From assembly GCA_964016885.1 (NCBI GenBank), contig OZ024753.1, forward strand, positions 8,556,001-8,620,000: DNA of 64,000 nucleotides, in the 5' to 3' direction. The notes under the pieces were generated by a model. The model was not told the DNA's origin and searched no databases. It saw only the letters and a program-made list of their open reading frames with translations. The stretch comes from Eledone cirrhosa (Eukaryota). Positions within the stretch are counted from its first letter, which is position 1. Each line of letters begins with the position of its first letter. The position numbers and the translations under genes are program-made. Positions 1 through 13,366 of the stretch are shown piece after piece.

Positions 1-11
1 CTTCGTTTATT

Positions 12-66
12 ACTGCTATATATATTTCAGTGACAGCCATCTTTGGCTGTGACCTCTTCAGGCAGT
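12..66 (-). ncRNA. Minimal type I hammerhead ribozyme
   Basis: Minus strand reads ACTGC-CTGAAGA-GGTCACAGCCA(AAGA)TGGCTGTCACT-GAAA-T-ATAT-ATA-GCAGT-AATAAA. Perfect 5-bp stem I, intact core, AUA cleavage triplet. Confidence 0.85.
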
Positions 67-986
67 TTGAATTAGTGTGGTATAGACAAGTACATATGTT
101 GTTTAGGTGTATAATATTGTCAATACTCTGATATGCCCAGTTCCTGGTTGGGTTGTTATTTCACTGAGGAACTGGAGTCATATGAATTCAAACAAACGAA
201 TTTCAGTGTCAAAGGTCCCCTTCTCCTCTCATTGGTCAGTTATTAGAACATTCCTCATTCTAAGTGTTGTTATTGTTGGAGTTAGCTTAGAAATTGATAA
301 AATAGTAGAAGGGACAAGGTGTTAAAGGAACAAAATAACAAAAAAAGTGTCAAACTTCCCATTGGTCAGTTCTGAAAGCATTTCTCAGTCAGAAGTCTAT
401 AGAATTCTTTCTGGGGTGAGGCTCCCTGTAGTGTTTTTGCCTGCTATTGTTCAGTACATTTATTTTGGTACTGTTGTTGGTGTAGTCGTCAGCTTATATC
501 TTGCTGCTGCTAACAATTTAGCAGTATCCAGTTTGTGTTTTTTCTTCATCCCTCCCGCCACCATCGTAGTGGTGGTGGTGGTGGGCGGGGGGGGGGGGGG
601 GGTTCTTCCATGTATATGAAGAAATATAAGGCAATAAATGAAGAAAACAGAAAATAAATAAATAATATAATAAAATAATTAATATAATTTGTGTAATTTG
701 AAAATAAATAAATAAATAGAGAATAAAGAATAAATGAGAGATTGGTGAAAAAGTAATGAAAATGTATATGGAGAAGTGAGAAATAATGTAGGATAAAGTG
801 TGTGTGTGTGTGCTATAACCAATCTCAAGGTCAGAATATGTTGGATAGATTGGTATGAGACAAGATGTTAAGATGAGATATTCAATGTGTTTGTGTTATA
901 ATCTATCTCAACTTAAAATAAATATAAGGTGATATAGTGACGAGGGCAGAAAACAAATAACAAATTAATGTATATATATGTATGTA

Positions 987-1019
<33 letters not shown>

Positions 1020-1359
1020 CATCATCATCATCATCATCATCATCATTTTACATCCGCTTTTCCCTGCTTGCAAGGGTGGGATGGGAACTGATTCTGGCTT
1101 GATTTCTACAGCTGGATGCCCTTCCTAACACCAACCTCATTTACAGTGAGTGCTGGGTGCTTTTTTGCCGTGGCACCTCCACGACCATTCTGCAGTGGAA
1201 TGATAGGGACCCCAGACCCTATCATCTCATTTCTACAGCTGAGTAAACTGGAGCAATGTGAAATAAAGTGTCTTGCTCAAGGAAACAACACATCACCCGG
1301 TCTGAGAATTGAACTCACAACCTTTCGATTGCAAGGCCAATGCTCTAACCACTAAGCCA

Positions 1360-1366
<7 letters not shown>
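1020..1366 (-). mobile_element. tRNA-derived SINE family A (RTE-type 3' tail)
   Basis: A box (TGGCTTAGTGG) and B box (GAGTTCAATTC) head, central ccttgagcaagacacttt domain, tail ending in (GAT)n. Multiple near-identical copies in the window. Confidence 0.9.
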
Positions 1367-1415
<49 letters not shown>

Positions 1416-1715
1416 TACACCTCCTCTGTCTCTCTCACACACACATACACTCATGTATATTTTAACTTTTTAACTGCTATAAATTCATCAATTGTTCCAA
1501 CATAAGTTTTTCCAGTAGTCTGTAAGAACACAAAAAAGATGGGCTTCAAATTCTAGGGAATTTGCCAGAGTTCTCTTTACCATGGAATCACTTTACCAAA
1601 ACCATCTTGGAATTTCTTTTATCATTTCATTTTAAACTCTTTTCCTTAACACACACGAGATTAATATTGCAGTGAGTTATAATGAAATAAATGATAAAGA
1701 AAAACAAGATGAAAG

Positions 1716-2011
1716 ACTACATGACTTTCGGAAACATTTTTGCACGCTCAGAGTTGCTGAAGCATGGAACAAATTACCTGCATCAGTTGTTAGTTTTCAA
1801 AACACTGCATCTTTTAAAACCTCCATGCTTCCTGAGATTCGCCAACACTACACCTAATATTTCCCCTCCATACCCCCATGTATATCATGACTCATACGCT
1901 ATTCACTTCCCTGACATTTGTATATTATTCTATGTACTATACATGCACCTTTGATGAGTTGTAGTTCACCTGAGCACTGTACACAATAATTTCATTATTA
2001 TTATTATTATT
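1716..2011 (+). mobile_element. CR1-clade LINE 3' end
   Basis: RKHFCTLRVAEAWNKLPASVVS...ASFK matches the CR1 ORF2 C-terminal motif; 3' UTR ends in (TTA)n. Confidence 0.8.
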
Positions 2012-2439
2012 TTATCCATTAGACAGATAAGCTGAGATGGATGAGATGTCAAAATAATTAAAAATCTCCTTCCTGCGGCTGTAATCTACGACAGTAAACA
2101 GTAACGAAGGAGGAAGCTAATTGATAATTAAAGTGATTACAATTAATCATAGAATTAGTTAAATAACAACAACAACACTAACAACAACAACAAAATCTCA
2201 TTGTTTATCATCTGGATGATAAGTATTACTTTTATGTGTGTGTATGTGTGACAATATATACACACACACACACATATACACACACATGTGCTCATATATC
2301 TGTGCATGTGACAATACTTACACATACACACGCACATGCATTCACAAGCATGTGCTTGCATATTTACACTGTCATCTCCATTGAGCTGCTAACTTACATG
2401 CAAATATTCACACATTGAAATTATATTCATACACTACCC

Positions 2440-2475
<36 letters not shown>

Positions 2476-2527
2476 TGTATGATTCTGTGTGTATACATGC
2501 AACCATAGAAAATCACCCATGATATAT

Positions 2528-2874
2528 GGAGGCACATGGCTTAGTGGTTAGAGCATTGGCCTTGCAATCGAAAGGTTGTGAGTTCAATTCTCAGACCGGG
2601 TGATGTGTTGTTTCCTTGAGCAAGACACTTTATTTCACATTGCTCCAGTTTACTCAGCTGTAGAAATGAGATGATAAGGACTGGGGTCCCTATCATTCCA
2701 CTGTAATGTGGTCGTGGAGGTGCCACGGCAAAAAAGCACCCAGCACTCACTGTAAATGAGGTTGGTGTTAGGAAGGGCATCCAGCTGTAGAAATCAAGCC
2801 AGAATCTGTTCCCGTCCCACCCTTGCAAGCAGGGAAAAGTGGACGTAAAATGATAATGAGGATGATGATGATGA
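2528..2874 (+). mobile_element. SINE family A
   Basis: Full-length copy, inverted relative to 1020-1366. Confidence 0.9.
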
Positions 2875-3123
2875 AACAGTCCTATATGAGCAAGATAGGG
2901 TCACCCAACTCAGCTTGCCTCTAAATGGAACAAAACCGTCTAACCCATGCTAGGTGTTAAATAGATGTTAAACGATGATGATGATGATGTACGTCAATAC
3001 TCATCTTTTTCCATTTCCTAGATAGTTCTAGGGTTCTAGGTCCCACTGTCAGGCTAAAATTTATTTGGTAAAAAAATACTACAGCGAAAGAGCTTCTATT
3101 TCTAGTTTCAAAACAAACTTACT

Positions 3124-3170
<47 letters not shown>

Positions 3171-3193
3171 CATACATACACAGACACTCACAC

Positions 3194-3224
<31 letters not shown>

Positions 3225-3229
3225 TACAT

Positions 3230-3270
<41 letters not shown>

Positions 3271-4241
3271 CATACACACATATATATATATGCATACATA
3301 CCCATGCAAGCGTGGAAGATGGACGTTAAACGATGATGATGATGATGATGATGATGATGACACATACATATATACACACACACATATATATATACACACA
3401 CACACATATATATATATATACATACATGCACATATATATATACATACATACACACACACCTATATATATATACACACACACACACACTCACACATATATT
3501 CATATGTTTATGCAAAAGACAGAAAAGTGAGACTTATAGAAAATGACAAAAATAAGTTTAATTAAAATCAGTTTCAAACATGACAGGAAAGGTACAGATT
3601 TTTTGTGGGGGGGGGGGAGGAAGTTTTAAAAGTATAAAGGATAAAACAAAAAAAACAAATATAAAATATATTTATAATTCATAAACTTGAAAATGTGGAA
3701 ACACTTAATGTGGAAAACACATAATGTGGTTGACAGATTCTGCACTCATTGCAAATAATTGTTTCATGAATTTTAGATTCATTCACAAATTGAAATAAAA
3801 ATTAATACAAAAGGTTGTTAAATAATTTCACAGTTTAAAGTGTTACTACATTGATACAATAGATGAACTAATATGATAGTAATGGTGATGGCAGATTACT
3901 TTTGCTGTGGTAAGGTTATAATATTGGTGGTTGTAATACAAATAATTGTTTCTACTTTTGGCACAAGGCCAGCAATTACCCAGTACATTACTGGTACTTT
4001 ATTTTATCGACCCCGTAAGGATGAAAGGCAAAGTTGACCTCGGCGGGATTTGAACTCAGAATGGAAAGGGCCGTAACTCTATGCATCAAAGCATGACGTG
4101 TTGATATAACTAGCTTTAATCCTTCTGATATGATACCAACTTGGCCAAAATTTATTCTGATGCTATAAAATAAAACCATTCATATTAAAGGGCTCCAATA
4201 TATATTAAAATCTTCTAACATAATTTTATATAAGAACCAGA

Positions 4242-4607
4242 TATGAGGGTTGGCTGAAAAGCTTATGGGCCACAAAAGTTCATAGGCTGACCAAGATACT
4301 CTCATGGAATGACCAAATGAGGTTTATTTTTTAACATAGTCCTTGGAAAGAAACAATGCAGTTATTAATAACAAGATTTGAAATTAATGCTTGCAAGATT
4401 TCACAGTTCTAGCATCACTAATTCCTAGTCGGCCTATGACCAAGATACTCTCATGGAATGACCAAATGAGGTTTGTTTATTCAACATAGTCCCTGGAAAG
4501 AAACAATGCAATTATTAAGAAGATTTAGAATTAATGCTTGCAAGATTTCACAGCTCTAGCATCACTCCTTCATAGTCAGCCTATGAATTGTTCAGCCTAC
4601 TCCCATA
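4242..4607. mobile_element. Tc1/mariner-type MITE with internal duplication
   Basis: tatgagggttggctgaaaag...ttcagcctactcccata ends. Related fragments at about 15600-15825. Confidence 0.6.
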
Positions 4608-6334
4608 TTTAGTTAATATCTGTATAATAAAATAATTAATAACTTTAACAAATTTCTTAATGATCTTCATTAATTAATTGAGAATGGATTTCATTCCTCA
4701 GACTCCACCCAATCTCGCTGTTATCAGATTGGAGTTGACTGCCTGCAGGTGTGAGCCCCACAAGGTGGAATGGCTGTTCCAGTCCATCTCCCTCTCGTCC
4801 CCTAATACCTTCTCTAACCTGTTGGCCAGGACCAAGAAGCAGACAACACATTTCTACCATTTCATTATATTAACTACTACATTTTCAACCATGGAAGGGT
4901 GAAAACATCGTCATTATCTGCGGGAGTTTTAACTGAACCCCAAACATACAAACCTGTTACTGAACATTTCAAGAGAATTTATGCAGAGTTCTCCCCCTCA
5001 CCATCTAAATATTTAGTAATATTTAATCCTTTAACATTTACAGTACTCTATATTTACTATTGTATTTTCATGGTAAATACTTTATTTCACATAATTATTT
5101 CACATGATATTGAATCTAAGAGATTTTGCCCTTGCCATTCTGCGTTCGAATCTCGCCGAGCTTAACTTTGCCTTTCATCCTTATGGGGTCGATAAAATAA
5201 AGTACTAGTAATGCTCTGGGTAATTGCTGGCCATGTGACAAAAAGTAGAAACAATTATTTATTTTGAGAACAATAACTTGAGCAGCCAGTTATGGCTGGT
5301 TTGAACAGAAAGAAGTGAAAGAATTCTGGCTGAATACGGCTAAATTCTAAAGGGTTAACACTTTTTTTACCATATTTCTATTGAAAAACTGCCTATAATT
5401 TTCAAAATATTCAACTTGCTCATTATTAAGGTACAGTTTTCAGTAAAGCTGTAACATTTTCTTACATAAAATTATGGTGTAGGGTTTATAGATAAATATA
5501 ACCATTCTAAAGCAAACAGCTATATATCATTGAAGAGTAGTTTCAGGTAGTTTGATATCAAAAGGATTTATGCTGTTATATATGTTATGTTTCTGGAACA
5601 ATCTCTATCTACACTAGAGAGTAGGACACACTATTGATAGAATCTTCAGTTTCCTTCCTTGTGTAATATCCTAAATTGTTACTTTCATCGAGATGTTTGT
5701 GCTAGGAACCACATGAGCTCCAATGTAATGTAACCTGATTTTTTTTTATCCTCCTGCTAGCTAGAATAACGTTGTAATACGGTCAAGTAGAGCATGTTGT
5801 ATGGTGAATGTTAGCTCTCACAAAACAAAGACCAAAAGCTTTGAACAAAAACTATTGTCTTTCTTTGAAGTCTTGCATTCATTTGGTTTTAATAGTCAAA
5901 AGCCAATGAGTACAAATGATAATAATAATAATAATAATTTTTCTCGCCAAATGTCACATGTTAGTTTTATTTAAGAACAAAAATATGAAAATATCTTTAA
6001 GATCGTTACAAGTAAAATAAAAAAAAAAAACAACTTCAAGCATGTAAAGAACAGCATTTAAATAAAATTTTATAACTGCACAACATTTGATAAAATATTA
6101 TATTCTCAGTTGCAACCATACAATAGCAAGGCCTTTATAGATTGTGGAGGAGAGAATAGTGAATCAAATAACTATATAACACCTCAGCGCAGTAGAATAA
6201 AAATATACATGTAATATATATATATATATACTATAAAGTATGTCCATATATATATATACTATAAAGTATTTCCATATATATATATATACTATAAAGTATG
6301 TCCATATATATATATATATACTTATATAAATGTG

Positions 6335-6393
<59 letters not shown>

Positions 6394-6598
6394 TTATATA
6401 AATGTGTTAATATATATATATATATATATATATACTTATAGTATTAAGGATACTATTTATGGTTATGTATATACTAAAACTTTTTATAGTTATATATATT
6501 TTAAACCCTAAATAGTGAAAGACAGTAATTTATTACTACCGTATTACCAGTAAGATAAATAGCTCAATGTAATAACATCAGTTGTTCTACAGAGCAGT

Positions 6599-7557
6599 TA
6601 TATAGAAATTACATGAATCAAAGTTCTGTTCAAACCATTCATTCGCTTACAATTGTTTCTTCCAAACCGAGGTTTGGAGTCTTCGGAGTAATTTTTCAAT
6701 GATTGTTTACATACATGACCTCCTTTCCAACACAAGAGACATACAGAAACATATGTATATATTGATGCACAGTGGGTTGACATCCGTTATAATATTTTAG
6801 CATGGCAATTTACATTCAAAAATTAAAATCATATTAGAAGAAAATTAAAACAAAGTTAAAGTTAAAATACAACATCGGCAGTTTACGAAGATAATGCAAG
6901 AGGATAGTTTGAAGTAGTTAGTGTATGCAATAGTTACATGTGGGGCATGCACGTGTCTTATTTATATAAGATTATTGTGTGGCAAGGTGTTATATGCAAT
7001 ACAAGCACATGAAAATTGGTGGTGTATACAAAAACCATAACATTATTTTGCTTCTCATTTTTAATATTTCTCTGCACACAAGCTTCTTTATCATACATAA
7101 AAAATACTTTACCAATACAACCCCCATAATACTCTTGATTGCCCGCTTAAAGTGCTTGTATTGCATATAACACCTTGCCGCGCAATAATCTTATATAAAT
7201 AAGACACACGTGCATGCCCCACGTGTAACTATTGCATACACTAACTACTTCAAACTATTCTCTTGCATTATCTTCGTAAACTGTCGATGTTGTATTTTAA
7301 CTTTGTTTTAATTTTCTTTTAATATGATTTTAATTTTTGAATGTAAATTGCCATGCTAAAATATTATAATGGATGTCACCCCACTCTGCATCAATATATA
7401 CATATGTTTCTGTATGTCTCTTGTGTTGGAAAGGAGGTCATGTATGTAAACAATCATTGAAAAATTGCTCCGAACACTCCAAACCTCGGTTTGGACGAAA
7501 CAATTGTAAGCTAATAAATGGTTTGAACAGAACTTTGATTCATGTAATTTCTATATA
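6599..7557. mobile_element. ~960-bp fold-back element (arms ~410 bp, spacer ~143 bp), Penelope-like pseudo-LTR pair
   Basis: 6599-7008 is the reverse complement of 7152-7557 with scattered substitutions. Each arm carries a hammerhead-like motif (CCGAAGA/CCGAACA...TCCAAAC-CTCG-GTTTGGA..GAAAC-AATT-GTA). The motif cttatataaatgtgttaa(ta)n occurs on both sides. Confidence 0.7.
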
Positions 7558-8680
7558 TATACTTATATAAATGTGTTAATATATATATATATGTGTGTGT
7601 ATGTGTGTTTATATAAATATGTTAATATATATCTATATGTGTGTGTGTGTACATATGCTTATATAAATGTGTTTATATATATCATCATTATCATCATTTT
7701 ACGTCTGCTTTTCCCTGCTATATATAAAACACATTTATTAGGAAGAAATTGAATCCGGAAGGGGTTGGAGGTTATATTGAATAAAGGATTGGCTTAAATT
7801 TGATTATTGGTTTCTTCTAATAATGATGTCAAGTTTAAAAGGCTTTTATCCAGCAGTTTATGACAATAGTTACTATTTTCAAGAATGTGTGTCAATGCTC
7901 CTTTCTCTAACAGTTAATAACCAATTCCTAAATTGTGTTAGATTTCTGGATATTCTCCACCTACAGTTCCATTATAAAGTAGAACACATGTTAGAATCTA
8001 TAATTTCTCCCCTACTCCCTTCCCACCCTCATTTCACCCCACTCACATACACACCTTTTTTTTCTCTCCTTTCAATTGTAAATTGTTTATTTTTCCTTAA
8101 CCTGCTTCTTAGAAATTGATGTGGGGATTTTTATATTTTTATCAACTTCTTAAATTTATTTATTATTATTATTATTATTATTTTTATTTTTATTTATTTT
8201 TTTTTTTTTTTGTAATATGTATGATTATATGTTGCTGTATTAAATTATGTGCTTTACTTAAATAATAAAACAGGAAAACAAACATTTTGTTTTTAAATAT
8301 TAAAAAAAATTAACTCAAAGTGCAAGCTGTCAGAAATTAAAAAAGAATGTTTAACTCGACAATAGAAAGAGCAACTAAACTAAAATATTTTCCATAAATA
8401 GAACAAATAATGAATGTTTAGAGCCCCAGGTCAAATGCCTCCATTCAATTCTTAATCGATTTGACAAGAATTACCATTAGCTCTAATAATTATTATTTCC
8501 TTAAAGGTGCAATTTTAATGGAGTAAAATGTGGTAAGGTAGTAATGGAATTCACTACATTTCTTTTTCTCTTCAAGTAGAAAATACCTTTGGATATTAAT
8601 TTCCCATGTCATTGTTTGAAATTACCTCATCATTGAATTAGTTTTCACTAAAATCCTATTTTCTCTCAATCATTCTAAGG

Positions 8681-9161
8681 CAGGGGTGTGCAACAGGTGG
8701 CCCACGGGCCACAATCCGGCCTGCCAGACCAGTCAGAATGGCCCGCAATGATTGTTTTTAATTTTTACCTTGTAGGCTTATTTAGAATTTTTTTCATAGC
8801 CGTAATACAATTTTCTGTTAGTTGACCTATACTAAAGGGCTTCACTGATAGGGTTATGTGTTATAATTTCCCAGTTCCATGTTATGGAAAGAAGTTATGG
8901 TTTTGACCTATACTAAAGTGCTTCACTGATAGGGTTATGTGTTATAATTTCCTAGTTCCATATTATGGAAAGAAGTTATGGTTTTGACCTATACTAAAGG
9001 GCTTCACTGATAGGGTTATGTTTGTTATAATTTCCCAGTGCCATGTTATGGAAAGAAGTTGTGGTGAATCTTTGGAATAGTGCTTAATAAATATTAATGG
9101 GCCTAATAGTTGTTTCAATGTTGAAAAGAGGCCTGCCAATGGAATATATTGCACACCCCTG
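8681..9161. mobile_element. hAT-type MITE with internal ~82-bp tandem repeat (x3)
   Basis: TIR CAGGGGTGTGCAA/TTGCACACCCCTG; 8-bp TSD ttctaagg/ttccaagg. Confidence 0.85.
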
Positions 9162-9264
9162 TTCCAAGGTCTGGCAGATATGAGGAAGAGGAGGTAACAT
9201 AAAAAGATTAAAGACTGTCTGGAGTTGTCAAAACCGAGGCACCTAATCAACACATTGTTTAAAT

Positions 9265-9485
9265 CAGGTATGTCAAACATGCGCCCCTTTACAAGCACAC
9301 CTGTGGCCCTTTACAAGCACACCTGTGACCCGCACAAAGGTTTTTACAGTGCGAGCATGTTTTATCTTTGTAATATAAAATTTTAAATAGTTGTAATGTG
9401 CACAATTAGTTGTCGTGGGTGGCCCTCAGACAACACTTATGTGACCCATGTGGCCCTCAGAGGACCCTCAGTTTGACATGACCCG
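9265..9485. mobile_element. hAT-type MITE
   Basis: CAGGTATGTCAAAC...GTTTGACATGACCC; probable TSD gtttaaat/gtttagat. Homologous to 25066-25350. Confidence 0.75.
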
Positions 9486-11049
9486 TTTAGATGGCGTATA
9501 TAAGCGAACCTCCCATTTTACCATCGATTTTTGGGGTCACATATTTCTCCACTTATATTCGAGTTTGTACAGTATATGAGGTTTAAAAAAAATACATTAA
9601 AATAATGTAAGTAAGAGGAAGGGGGAGAGGTCCGTAGACTCTACACCCCAGTCTAGGTGATATGTCACACCCCAATCTAGGTGATATGTCTTAGTTGCAT
9701 CCTGTGGACAAAATGGTAAAAGCAATGCCACAGAGAACAGTCAGCAACACCCATTGCATCATCAACTGTACCTTATGAGGCTGTTTCTTTAGGCAAGGAT
9801 GCACTCCTCTTGATTTTGCAGCAGAAAATGGAAGTTTGAGGGCAAAGAGGTCTTGATGACAATCAACACAAAATAAGTTGATGAGATCAAATTTGAAAAC
9901 TACTCATGTTTAGTTAATTCTTCCATCATCAATGAAACCTTCCAGCTTAACCTTAGAATCATATATTCCTTGTTATAATGTTTGTAGCTATTGTTTGTCC
10001 ATAGTCTGATAAGTAGCTCATGATTCATTCTTTGTCTCCATTGCCTTTTAAATATGAAGTTTGCCCTGTAATCAAGATACTGCTGAATAAATAAATAAAG
10101 GAGGAAGAGAAATATAATATATGATGCTTGTTATAAAGAGGATAAATGGTACAAGTGTGTGTATGTGTGTGGATGCATGTGTGTGTGTATGTGCATGTGT
10201 GTTTGTATAACTGTGTATGCAGTGTTTGAATTTTATGTAAGAAGCTTACTTGAATATGTCGACGAATGCCACAAGTATTTGATTAGAACAAGATAAATAT
10301 CATAGATAGAGGAGTAATATTTGATTCAATGCAGGAGGTGAACACCTCAAAGCAATAACTTTAATAGCAATACAATGAGTAATGACAGAAAATCATTTAG
10401 GGACAGACTCTTTGATTAAGTCGTTATAACCAAAGAATGTCTATAATGTTTCATACTATTAACTTACCATGAATGAACTTGGAAATACACACTAACTTGA
10501 AGGGAAATCTAAAGTGATTGATTAAAGTTTTGCTGGGTTTAATTTCATTTAAACTGGCATGTTATTAGAAGCTAACCAGAATTTAAGTTGAAAATCCTTT
10601 AATAAACTTCTAATCAAACTTGTTTCTAATTTTCATTTGGCATCTCTAGGGCACTTTTAAACCTAGTGGAGCCCATATCCTCTCCTGGTCTGAATACAGC
10701 AGATTTCTTCCAACGAAAGATAGAGAATGGAAGTGAGAAAGAGACATAAAGGAAGAATTGACCCTAGTACTAGACTGTTGCTTCTTTTATCAATCTTGAA
10801 TGGATGAAAGACAGAATTGATCTTGGCAGGATTTGAACTCAAACAGTAGAGAGACAAAATGAAAACTGCCAAGAATTCTATCTGATGTTCTAACAACTCT
10901 GCCACATTATATCATATGCATGGGTGTATTAAATTTTGTCATGACAGAGCTTGAATCTCCTAAAGGAAATAAAATTAATAACAGATATAACATTGGAAGT
11001 AGAGCTATAAGAAGATACATAGTGTTAGTTAAGATGTCTAACTAGACCT

Positions 11050-11390
11050 ACTGGCTTAGTAGTTAGAGCTTCAGGGTTAAATCATGGGGTTGTGAGTTCG
11101 ACTCTCGGACAGCGCTTTGTGTTGAGTTCTTGAGCAAGACACTTTATTTCCCGTTGCTCAAGTTCACTCAGCTGTAGAAATGAGTTGTGACATCACTGTT
11201 GCCAAGCTGTATCAGCCATTGCCTTTCCCTTGGACATCATTGGTGGCATGGAGAGGGGAGACTGGTATGCATGGGTGACTGCTGGTCTTCCACAAACAAC
11301 CTTGTCCGAACTTGTGCTTCGGAGGAGAACTTTCTTGGTGCAAATTCCATGGTCATCGTGGCTGAAGGGTCTTTATATTTACTCTTTACC
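11050..11390 (+). mobile_element. tRNA-derived SINE sharing head and core with family A but with a different 3' half
   Basis: ggcttagtagttagagc...gagttcgactc, cttgagcaagacactttattt core. Related copies at about 19585-19885, 53260-53360 and 58385-58520. Confidence 0.75.
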
Positions 11391-11840
11391 TACTAGCTTT
11401 CTGTATAGTTGTTTTTTCATGATGTATATAGTACTAGTTTATTTGATAGCTATAGATGAGACACTTTGTTCATGTCATAGTATAAATCTGTCAATTATAT
11501 CTTGTATGTTACACCAGATGCCACAATTGATGGTTTTTGTTGCAGGAAACATTTCATGCTATTAATATTCATGTCAAATCTAGATACTTCATTATGTCAA
11601 CTTACAATATGGGATTTTTTTTTATTACAATAATACTTTAATTAATGTTAGTTCATCTTTGCACAACCCTTGTTTTGGTTGTAGGACTTCTTGTAGTATT
11701 TCCCCTTTATCCATTGTCATCGACATTTCCAAAAATAACATCAAGCATCTCTTAAATATCTTCAATCATATGAAACCTTAAATCACGCTGGTTCAGAAAC
11801 AAGAAGTATAATAGAGGAAAATAGTTCCAGAATAAGAGCT

Positions 11841-12128
11841 TTAACCCTTTCATTATCATATTTCTAAAGAAATACACTACTTATATTTGTCTGTTCTTAA
11901 TTATTTATAAATTTTTTTTTTAACTTCAAATAATTGTGAAAAGATCCTAAAAGGATTTTTGTAATATAACAAACTTTCTCATTATTAAACTTATAAGAGC
12001 ATTATTTAACAAAGGTTCTTGAATAAAATTATGCAAAGGTTTTTAGATAAATATAAATACCTTAAAATAAACAGCTATGTATCACTGAACAATGGGTGAT
12101 TTCAGATATTGGGTGTCAAAATGGTTAA
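11841..12128. mobile_element. Second piggyBac-type MITE family (old)
   Basis: TTAACCCTTT...AAAATGGTTAA. A related copy lies at about 5354-5570. Confidence 0.55.
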
Positions 12129-12736
12129 TAAACTTTAGATCAGGTTCATATCTGAGGGTTGAAGTTTATTAAAGCTATATTTTCTGAGTGATTAAAAATA
12201 AAACATTGGTTTGTATTATTAAAAATCTAATTTTTTTTTTTACTTGAACAGAAAAGCAATAGCCATGACCCTATTCCAGAGACTTCTAAGACAGGAAGGA
12301 AGGGAATGATATCCTTAAACTATAACAGGCTTGAATGCTTGCAAAAGCGAAGCCTTCTAAAAGCATCTGAGAGACAGGTTGTGGTAGGGTTAAAATGGAC
12401 AACAGATTAAATCTACCACTCATGTGACAACCTTCCTAGCCTAGGTGATCTGCACAATAAATGCACCCAGTACACTCTGTAAAGTGGCTAGTGATAGAAA
12501 GGGCACCTGGCCATAGAAAGCCTGCCAAAGAAGGATTGGGTGGATTCTTCAGCTGTATCAAAAACATGATGACCTTCATTATGGTGGTGCCACAATAAAA
12601 TGCATTTGGTTGAGTATAAGACCATATGTAAGTGAGATGTTGATCCCAGCCCATCTAAGAGGTCTGTGGCTCCACTTGAGTATTGAGTTTGTCTGTAAAG
12701 ATTCATCTAACCCCTGCTAGTAAACAAGACAGACAT

Positions 12737-12961
12737 TAACCCTTTAACATTTACATTACTCTACATCTACTATTGTATTTTTGTAGCAAAGGGTTTATCT
12801 TACACAATTATCTCACATAATATTGAATCTACAAGATTTTGATATTATTTATTTTGAGAACAATACCTTAACGCCAGTATGAGTGGCCCGTTATGGCCAG
12901 TTTGAGAAAGAGGTGAGAGAATTCTGGTCTGATATGGCCAGTTTAAAGGCTAAAGGATTAA
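12737..12961. mobile_element. piggyBac-type MITE
   Basis: TTAA-CCCTTTAACATTT ... AAAGGCTAAAGGA-TTAA. Copies at about 5022-5358 (interrupted by SINE B), 24740-24967, 33179-33385, 52360-52570 and 58857-59140. Confidence 0.8.
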
Positions 12962-13072
12962 ATGATGATGATATACCAACTTGTCTGTCCTGGTCCCACC
13001 TTCATGTCTGACCTGTTTCTATCTCCTCTATTGAAGAACTGGTGACATTTCAACTGTTCCTATATTCTAGAG

Positions 13073-13366
13073 TAGGCATGGGCAACCTTTTTCGAGAAGT
13101 GGGCCGCATGAGATATGGCTCATCATCAGGCTGGCCCCAAGTGCTAATTTACATTCGTGCCCACATTAAAAACAAAGGGTGGTAACTCAGGTTGTTTAGA
13201 TTTGTTTCTTCAGAATTCGTACACGTTGTTCTCCTCGATCGTAAAAATAATAGAAAGATATATTATGACTGAAAATTTTGGGTAAAAAAAAATCAGAAAG
13301 ATTTCACTTAGGTGACATAGTCGAGCCATTCAGAAAGCTCCGCGGGCCGTAGGTTGCCCATGACTC
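13073..13366. mobile_element. hAT (Charlie-like) MITE
   Basis: TIR TAGGCATGGGCAACC/GGTTGCCCATGACTC; TSD ttctagag/ttctagaa. Confidence 0.8.

Noticed and set aside
67-560. Penelope ORF remnant upstream of the first hammerhead
   Set aside because: Minus-strand translations have stops and no recognisable GIY-YIG or RT motif by eye; needs tBLASTn.
2528-2600. tRNA gene
   Set aside because: tRNA-like A/B boxes are SINE heads that continue into the SINE body in every copy.
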